Below the pieces are notes generated by a model that was not told the DNA's origin, searched no databases, and saw nothing but the letters and a program-made list of their open reading frames with translations. Below, one piece after another: positions 58,811 through 64,000 of a stretch of 64,000 nt of DNA. This DNA comes from Gammaproteobacteria bacterium. GTDB taxonomy: Bacteria; Pseudomonadota; Gammaproteobacteria; GCA-001735895. Positions within the stretch are counted from its first letter, which is position 1. The number at the start of each line of letters is the position of its first letter. The translations under genes were made by a program, and so were the position numbers. Location: NCBI GenBank assembly GCA_050298595.1, contig JBNKUM010000085.1:1-64000 (forward strand), written 5' to 3'.

Positions 58811-60271
58811 ATGAATCATCTCGACGAGTGGGTTCATTTAATCGCCAAACAACTTAAGTCCGAAGCCGAGCTGATTGGCGTACAAGCTAAAAGTGAGCTA
58901 TACGAGGATGCCGCACGGGATACCTTTGTGCGCATGGTATTAGATCCATTTCTACCTGCCAGCTATACGGTCGGATCGGGCAAGGTCATCGACGCTGCCG
59001 GTAATATATCCCAGCCTCAGGATATCGTCATTTATCGTAGCGACTTTCCTCAGTTCAATATGCCGGGCAGCCATGACGTATTCATCTACGAGAGTGTGCT
59101 GGCAACTATTCAGGTGCGCTCAAAGCTGGTTCGTAAATCGTTTTTCAGCGCCATGGATCAATGCGCCTCACTAGGTACTCTCACCCCTGCCATTGATCAC
59201 GCGACCAGACGAGCAATCGCCGAAAAAATGAAAATGCGAGCTGATGCGAAGCACCAATACATTCACCCCGACCCGCTACATACCGGCCGCTTTAACTTGA
59301 TCGCTCGGCCACATTGTTTCATTTATGCCTTTACAGGATATCAAACCAGTGAACATCAACTGGCCGAAAACCTCACCAAATGGATCGATTTTTACCACCA
59401 GGATCAGGATCACGCTGCCCTGCAAATGAAATCCCTGCCCTCGGTGATCGCAACACAGGGCTGTTTTGCCTGGCGAAATGCCGCACCGTTTACCATCAAG
59501 CAACGCGCTTTGATGGGTGTCGGTAACGATCCTGCACCCTTGCGCCTGATCATTCTGCAATTAATGCACGCTCTCAATCGGCGCCTGCTAAACACCAGTG
59601 ATGGCTACGGCATTAAATCGACTATTGCGCCCTACATTGCTCACTTTGAAGCACCCAAAATTACTCAAATGGTTGGCACTGCCTTAAACCCAGGGGATGA
59701 AAAGCCTGCTCCGATCAATAGACCTGTTCCACAACAGCTAGCAGCAAAAGTCCAGCCACCCTCAGCCGAGAAGATACAAGCCACGGTGGGAAAACCTGTT
59801 CAAGCTGCAAAGCAAGCCGCCACAGCAGACAGTGATCAGAACAAAAGCCAACCCCAGATCAAGGATTTCTCTGCCCTCAGATCCAGTATAGCGACTGCCG
59901 GTTCTAATCAGCCGCAGGTAACTAGCACCATTGCTAAATCCACTAACCCTCTCTCCACATTCAGTAGTGGCGACGAAAAAGAGGAAGTTGAAGAGTATCA
60001 GTTTGATCCCATTGATCACCTCAAGCCTGAACCTGAAGAGAAGGCTGAACAATCGGGCGATAACCCCCAACCTGTTCGTCACCATAACAAAGTTGATAAA
60101 GATTTTGAAAGAACTCAAAAACTTCCAGATAAGCTAACCAGTCTGAAAAAAGCTAAGGATTCGAAAGATCCTTTTACAAAAACCTTGATAGAAGCACCGG
60201 AATCTAAGGACAAGGTAACGCCCAATTCTCCTGCAAAAAAATCAGCATACATTTCCGAATCATTGATATAA
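58811..60271 (+). CDS. DUF6602-like (PD-(D/E)xK-fold) protein with a low-complexity C-terminal tail
   Basis: FLP..Y.VGSGKVID..G..S...DIVIY...ESVLATIQVRSKL, followed by a P/Q/K/E-rich tail. Confidence 0.7.
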   Translation: MNHLDEWVHLIAKQLKSEAELIGVQAKSELYEDAARDTFVRMVLDPFLPASYTVGSGKVIDAAGNISQPQDIVIYRSDFPQFNMPGSHDVFIYESVLATIQVRSKLVRKSFFSAMDQCASLGTLTPAIDHATRRAIAEKMKMRADAKHQYIHPDPLHTGRFNLIARPHCFIYAFTGYQTSEHQLAENLTKWIDFYHQDQDHAALQMKSLPSVIATQGCFAWRNAAPFTIKQRALMGVGNDPAPLRLIILQLMHALNRRLLNTSDGYGIKSTIAPYIAHFEAPKITQMVGTALNPGDEKPAPINRPVPQQLAAKVQPPSAEKIQATVGKPVQAAKQAATADSDQNKSQPQIKDFSALRSSIATAGSNQPQVTSTIAKSTNPLSTFSSGDEKEEVEEYQFDPIDHLKPEPEEKAEQSGDNPQPVRHHNKVDKDFERTQKLPDKLTSLKKAKDSKDPFTKTLIEAPESKDKVTPNSPAKKSAYISESLI

Positions 60272-60272
60272 C

Positions 60273-60303
60273 GGGAGTTCCCTGGACCAGCTGCGGAACT
60301 CCC
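60273..60303. terminator. Hairpin between convergent genes
   Basis: GGGAGTTCC...GGAACTCCC directly after the stop codon at 60271. Confidence 0.45.
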
Positions 60304-60389
60304 CTCGTTGCTTTGGGCTATTTCACCTTTGGCTCTGAGCGGTGCAGCATGACTGCACCGCCTTAGTTTCATGGACAAAGCCTCCTGAT

Positions 60390-60821
60390 CTAATTTCGAC
60401 CACCAGAACCAGATCCTGAACCTCCTCCTGTGCCACCTGAGCCACCTGATCCGCCTGATCCGCCTGATCCGCCAGAGCCAGAACCTGAACTACCACCCAT
60501 TCCAGATTGACTCATGCCATTAGCGCTGTTGCGAGAGCGTAGCTGCTCCTTATTCTTACTTTCTTCCTGTAACTTAATTCTGAGCTGCTCGCGCTCGCGT
60601 AGCGCTTCAAGGTCGGCACTTTGCTGTTCATCGCGGAGTTGTTTTCTAACCTGATCCCGCTGCTGAACAGGCTCACCCTGAGCATCTTTCTCAGTCAATC
60701 GATATTGATGAGTATTCTGGTATTGAAACTGCGCTTCTACCGGTTCATCAACTGCAAATACCGAAGAGGTAAACACCGCAACAGCGGCCAAAGTGGCAAT
60801 TGTAAGTAATTTCGTTTTCAT
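60390..60821 (-). CDS. Secreted Q/R-rich protein with a Gly/Ser tail
   Basis: ATG 60821 follows AAGGAGA. Signal peptide MKTKLL...VFA and a (GGS)n C-terminus. Confidence 0.75.
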   Translation of the reverse strand: MKTKLLTIATLAAVAVFTSSVFAVDEPVEAQFQYQNTHQYRLTEKDAQGEPVQQRDQVRKQLRDEQQSADLEALREREQLRIKLQEESKNKEQLRSRNSANGMSQSGMGGSSGSGSGGSGGSGGSGGSGGTGGGSGSGSGGRN

Positions 60822-60846
60822 GACAGTCTCCTTCATGTTTCTAGAC

Positions 60847-60895
60847 GTGGGAACATTTCCCACATAACATAAATATATGTGGTATTTTTTCCCAC
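60847..60895. promoter_or_regulatory. Two 17-bp palindromic operator-like sites
   Basis: GTGGGAA-CAT-TTCCCAC (60847-60863) and GTGGTAT-TTT-TTCCCAC (60879-60895), 32 bp apart. Confidence 0.65.
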
Positions 60896-61012
60896 GTCAA
60901 GCTAATATTAGTATCAGAGCACATTGTTTTTTCAACATTTTCTAATTGAAAAAAATATTCCTTTTAATTCAATTAGTTGAACAGATACCCAGTCATTGCC
61001 CGAACATGAAAT

Positions 61013-61834
61013 ATGAATAAAGTCACACAACAGAAAACACGGCAAACCTTAATCAGGGCGTTAAAGGGCATTCTGCGGCCATTGGTCAGGCTGCTGATTC
61101 AGCATCAAATTACCTTCCCGGCTCTGCGTGAATTGCTTAAGGAGGTATATGTTGAAGTGGCGAATGAAATCATTCAGCGTGATGGTGACGCAGCCAATAA
61201 CAGTCGCATCTATATCCTCACCGGTGTGCACCGCAAAGACATCAAGCGTATCTTCGAACAGCAACCAGAAGATAACGCTCCACCTGCAGATCTGTCTCTC
61301 GGTGGCGCCGTGATTTCCAGCTGGACCGCAAAGGACGAATACATTGATGAACAGGGAATGCCACGAGCATTGAAAAAAAGTGGTAATGACGATGAGCCTG
61401 GTTTTGAGCAACTGGTCGCCAGTGTCAGTAAGGATGTTCGCCCTCGCGCCCTGCTCGATGAATGGCTACGTCAGGGCCTGATCAGCCTTCAACAGGATCA
61501 GCTTGTACTTAACGAAAAAGCCTTCATCCCTTCAGAAGATTTCGAAAAACTATGCTTTTATCTGGAAAGAAATATCCGTGATCACCTCGCCAGCGCGACT
61601 CATAACCTGTTGAAAGAAGGCGAGCCGATGCTAGAACGCAGTGTTTACTACGGCAAGCTGACAGCAGAATCAGTACAACAGTTACGCGAACAGGCCAATG
61701 CAATGGCTATGAATATGCTCAGCGAAATTAACCAGCAAGCTATGCAACGACTACAGGCAGATAGCGATAAGCCTAATACCAACTCTCGCTTCACGCTCGG
61801 CTGTTACTGGCACGAACAGGAAAAATCATCATGA
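61013..61834 (+). CDS. DUF6502-family protein
   Basis: LRPLVRLLI...LLKEVYVEVA, HTH-like SRIYILTGVHRKDI, FEQLV.SVSKDVRPRALLDEW and LERSVYY. Confidence 0.78.
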   Translation: MNKVTQQKTRQTLIRALKGILRPLVRLLIQHQITFPALRELLKEVYVEVANEIIQRDGDAANNSRIYILTGVHRKDIKRIFEQQPEDNAPPADLSLGGAVISSWTAKDEYIDEQGMPRALKKSGNDDEPGFEQLVASVSKDVRPRALLDEWLRQGLISLQQDQLVLNEKAFIPSEDFEKLCFYLERNIRDHLASATHNLLKEGEPMLERSVYYGKLTAESVQQLREQANAMAMNMLSEINQQAMQRLQADSDKPNTNSRFTLGCYWHEQEKSS

Positions 61835-62706
61835 AGACCCTTTCAACATTACTAACAATTTTAGCCATTCTATTCATTGCAGCCTGTGCTAATAAGCAAA
61901 CGATGCAACTGACAGAAAATGAGGCTGAGGATTTCGGTATCGGCGGTACCGGAATTATGGCAGGAAATCAGCAGGGAACCGGAATCATCGGCATGATTAC
62001 CGGCTATGGCTCTATTTTTGTGAACGGCATAGAAATAGAAACCGAGAATAATGCCACGATCAGTATTGATGGCATGGTCGTTAAAGCGCATGATTTTGAG
62101 ATCGGTGAAGTCGTTGAAGTACTTACCCTGGACACAAACACCCACACTCAGGCGCAACACATCAATATTCGTCATGAAATCATAGGTCCTGTTTCCCACT
62201 ATGATTATGACCAGTCAACTGCAGTCATTCTGGGTCATACCATTCAACTGACTAATACAATCAACACAGCTGTTGAATTAGGAGATACGCTTGCCGTTTC
62301 TGGATTTACAAATCCCTCAGGCCTGATTCATGCTACTCATATCAGGCATACAACAGACAAGCAGATACTTCTGCGTGGTGTAATTAATCCTGAAGAGCAC
62401 ACCTTACCATTTATTAAGGTGTCAAAGTGGGTAATCCAGGGTTATCCCGCAAGCTACGCATCACAATGGAACATCGACTCTACGAATATTCGCAGCACAG
62501 GAAACAATGAACCTATTGTGTTTGAGGTAATAAAACCTAACTCTGATTCAGCAACTATTAACGTGCTTTCTCAGCAGATGTTACCGAGAGGATCAGCAAA
62601 CAAATCATTTCTTCAACAGCAGCGTATACCCAGTAGATCATTACAACCTGGTCGACAATCCGGATCAGGCGGAGGCGGAGGCGGAGGCGGACGCGGACGA
62701 AGATGA
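61831..62706 (+). CDS. DUF5666-family lipoprotein
   Basis: Lipobox IAAC, GIGGTG and G.ITGYGSIFVNGI motifs, with a poly-Gly C-terminus. Confidence 0.78.
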   Translation: MKTLSTLLTILAILFIAACANKQTMQLTENEAEDFGIGGTGIMAGNQQGTGIIGMITGYGSIFVNGIEIETENNATISIDGMVVKAHDFEIGEVVEVLTLDTNTHTQAQHINIRHEIIGPVSHYDYDQSTAVILGHTIQLTNTINTAVELGDTLAVSGFTNPSGLIHATHIRHTTDKQILLRGVINPEEHTLPFIKVSKWVIQGYPASYASQWNIDSTNIRSTGNNEPIVFEVIKPNSDSATINVLSQQMLPRGSANKSFLQQQRIPSRSLQPGRQSGSGGGGGGGGRGRR

Positions 62707-62803
62707 TAGCAAGCTGAAAAACCCCAATTAAATTCCAGTATCAAAAATGAAGCGCTTAAAAACTTTTCATTTTTTGTTCGCATTAAATTTCAAAATATTT
62801 TTA

Positions 62804-62840
62804 TTGACATAAAAATTTCACAGGCGTAAAGTCGCGCCCC
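62804..62840 (+). promoter_or_regulatory. sigma70 promoter with a GC-rich discriminator upstream of rtcB
   Basis: TTGACA (62804-62809), 17-bp spacer, TAAAGT (62827-62832), then CGCGCCCC; AT-rich UP-like tract upstream. Confidence 0.75.
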
Positions 62841-62870
62841 TGATTTTTCAACTTCAACTTTACGGAGGCA

Positions 62871-62966
62871 ATGAATGGTTTTACCAAAAATTCAACTGAG
62901 CCTCGCGTCCTTTACCTTCCGGTAATTTCTTCCGGTCGTCTGGACCGGGCTCCGAATATATCTTAA
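62871..62966 (+). CDS. Putative leader peptide uORF1 (31 aa)
   Basis: GGAGG RBS just upstream of the ATG; translates to MNGFTKNSTEPRVLYLPVISSGRLDRAPNIS. Confidence 0.5.
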   Translation: MNGFTKNSTEPRVLYLPVISSGRLDRAPNIS

Positions 62967-63042
62967 TTTTTATTAGGCCGATTATTGGCTATGGACTATT
63001 GCGTCTATATGCCACTGCTTTTATCGGCCTATGGAGCAGGAA

Positions 63043-63138
63043 ATGAAACGGGACTACTTATACTCAACCATTAATCGTTCAAAACAACAAAAACACGTAC
63101 CAGCCTTAGATTATAAGTTCGTGCTGGCACAAAACTAA
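63043..63138 (+). CDS. Putative uORF2 (31 aa) whose stop overlaps the rtcB RBS
   Basis: GGAG/AGGA upstream; translates to MKRDYLYSTINRSKQQKHVPALDYKFVLAQN. Its TAA is part of TAAGGAG. Confidence 0.35.
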   Translation: MKRDYLYSTINRSKQQKHVPALDYKFVLAQN

Positions 63139-63149
63139 GGAGAATAGCT

Positions 63150-64000
63150 ATGCCTATTCAAAAAATAATCAGTAAAGGAAAAGTACCAGTCAAGATTTAT
63201 ACCGACGAGGTCGAATCTGGTGCCATGCAGCAACTGTATAACATGGCTCAGCTACCTTTTATCCATAGCCATATTGCTGCAATGCCGGATGTTCATATGG
63301 GTAAAGGTGCTACGGTAGGATCAGTCATACCGACCAAAGGCGCCATTATTCCTGCGGCTGTGGGTGTGGATATCGGCTGCGGCATGAATGCAATACGCCT
63401 GACAATAAAAGCTAACGATCTGCCGGATAACTTGCGTGCTGTTCGCCTGGCGATTGAAGAAGCAATCCCAGTGGGTTTTAACATGCACACAACTGATCGT
63501 GCTCGGCGTTCAACTATACAGGCATTATCTGGAGGACTGGATCAAATTATCGGTAAGCACAAAAAGATTTACTCGATGCAGAAAAAGCCCTATCAGACCT
63601 GGATACGCCAGATTGGCACACTGGGTGGTGGCAATCATTTCATCGAGTTATGTCTTGATGAGAATAACGATGTCTGGGTGATGCTGCACTCAGGTAGTCG
63701 CGGCGTGGGTAATGTGATTGGACAGTATTTTATCAGCCTGGCGAAAAAGGATATGGGCCAGCACCTGATCAATCTACCAGATAAGGATCTGGCTTACTTT
63801 AACGAAGGCTGCAAATATTTTGATGATTATATTCAGGCCGTGCAATGGGCTCAGGATTACGCAATGGCTAATCGTCGAGAAATGATGCATCTGATTTTAA
63901 AAGCATTGAGAAAGAAGCTGCCGAAATTCGGCATTACCAAAGAAGCGATTAACTGCCATCACAATTATGTGTCTCGGGAATTTCACTTTGGTGAAAATGT
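63150..64000 (+). CDS. rtcB: RtcB RNA-splicing/repair ligase (3' end outside the window)
   Basis: Not in the ORF track. Manual translation gives MPDVHMGKGATVGSV, AAVGVDIGCGM, GTLGGGNHFIE, LHSGSRGVG and NCHHNYV. Confidence 0.95.
   Translation, partial: MPIQKIISKGKVPVKIYTDEVESGAMQQLYNMAQLPFIHSHIAAMPDVHMGKGATVGSVIPTKGAIIPAAVGVDIGCGMNAIRLTIKANDLPDNLRAVRLAIEEAIPVGFNMHTTDRARRSTIQALSGGLDQIIGKHKKIYSMQKKPYQTWIRQIGTLGGGNHFIELCLDENNDVWVMLHSGSRGVGNVIGQYFISLAKKDMGQHLINLPDKDLAYFNEGCKYFDDYIQAVQWAQDYAMANRREMMHLILKALRKKLPKFGITKEAINCHHNYVSREFHFGEN

Noticed and set aside
58297-58837. Long intergenic region and 64-aa ORF as a possible sRNA or riboswitch
   Set aside because: I could not recognise a conserved structure, and the ORF overlaps the start of the opposite-strand gene. 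An Rfam scan would be needed.
63125-63140. TGGCAC just upstream of rtcB as a sigma54 promoter
   Set aside because: There is no GC at the -12 position (GG-N10-AG) and the site overlaps the RBS.

Overview
A 64-kb window that looks like gammaproteobacterial chromosome, inferred from gene content and sigma54/sigma70 promoter types. The centrepiece is a roughly 31-kb minus-strand extracellular contractile injection system (eCIS) operon at about 15.6-46.9 kb. It encodes a sheath, tube, chaperone, DUF4255 cap, AAA ATPase, tube initiator, LysM protein, a split hub/spike pair, gp25, two baseplate-J-like proteins, a wedge protein and a DUF6519 fibre-like protein. Three candidate cargos follow: a signal-less M4 protease, a DUF4157-OmpA-papain/CHAP-like protein, and a DUF4157-helical repeat-nuclease-HhH protein. 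The operon is preceded by a sigma54 promoter, two enhancer-like palindromes, a small winged-helix gene and its own enhancer-binding protein. No lysis cassette is visible. The left flank holds a sigma54/XylR-type aromatic catabolic cluster, stress genes and a flavin/2Fe-2S, membrane protein and octaheme cytochrome operon. The right flank holds a decayed c-di-GMP locus, tRNA-Gly(CCC), aldo-keto reductases, a NosL/TlpA/ABC cluster, a DUF6502/DUF5666 pair with a palindromic operator, and rtcB behind a structured leader with two uORFs. All domain calls come from recognising motifs by eye; no database searches were run.
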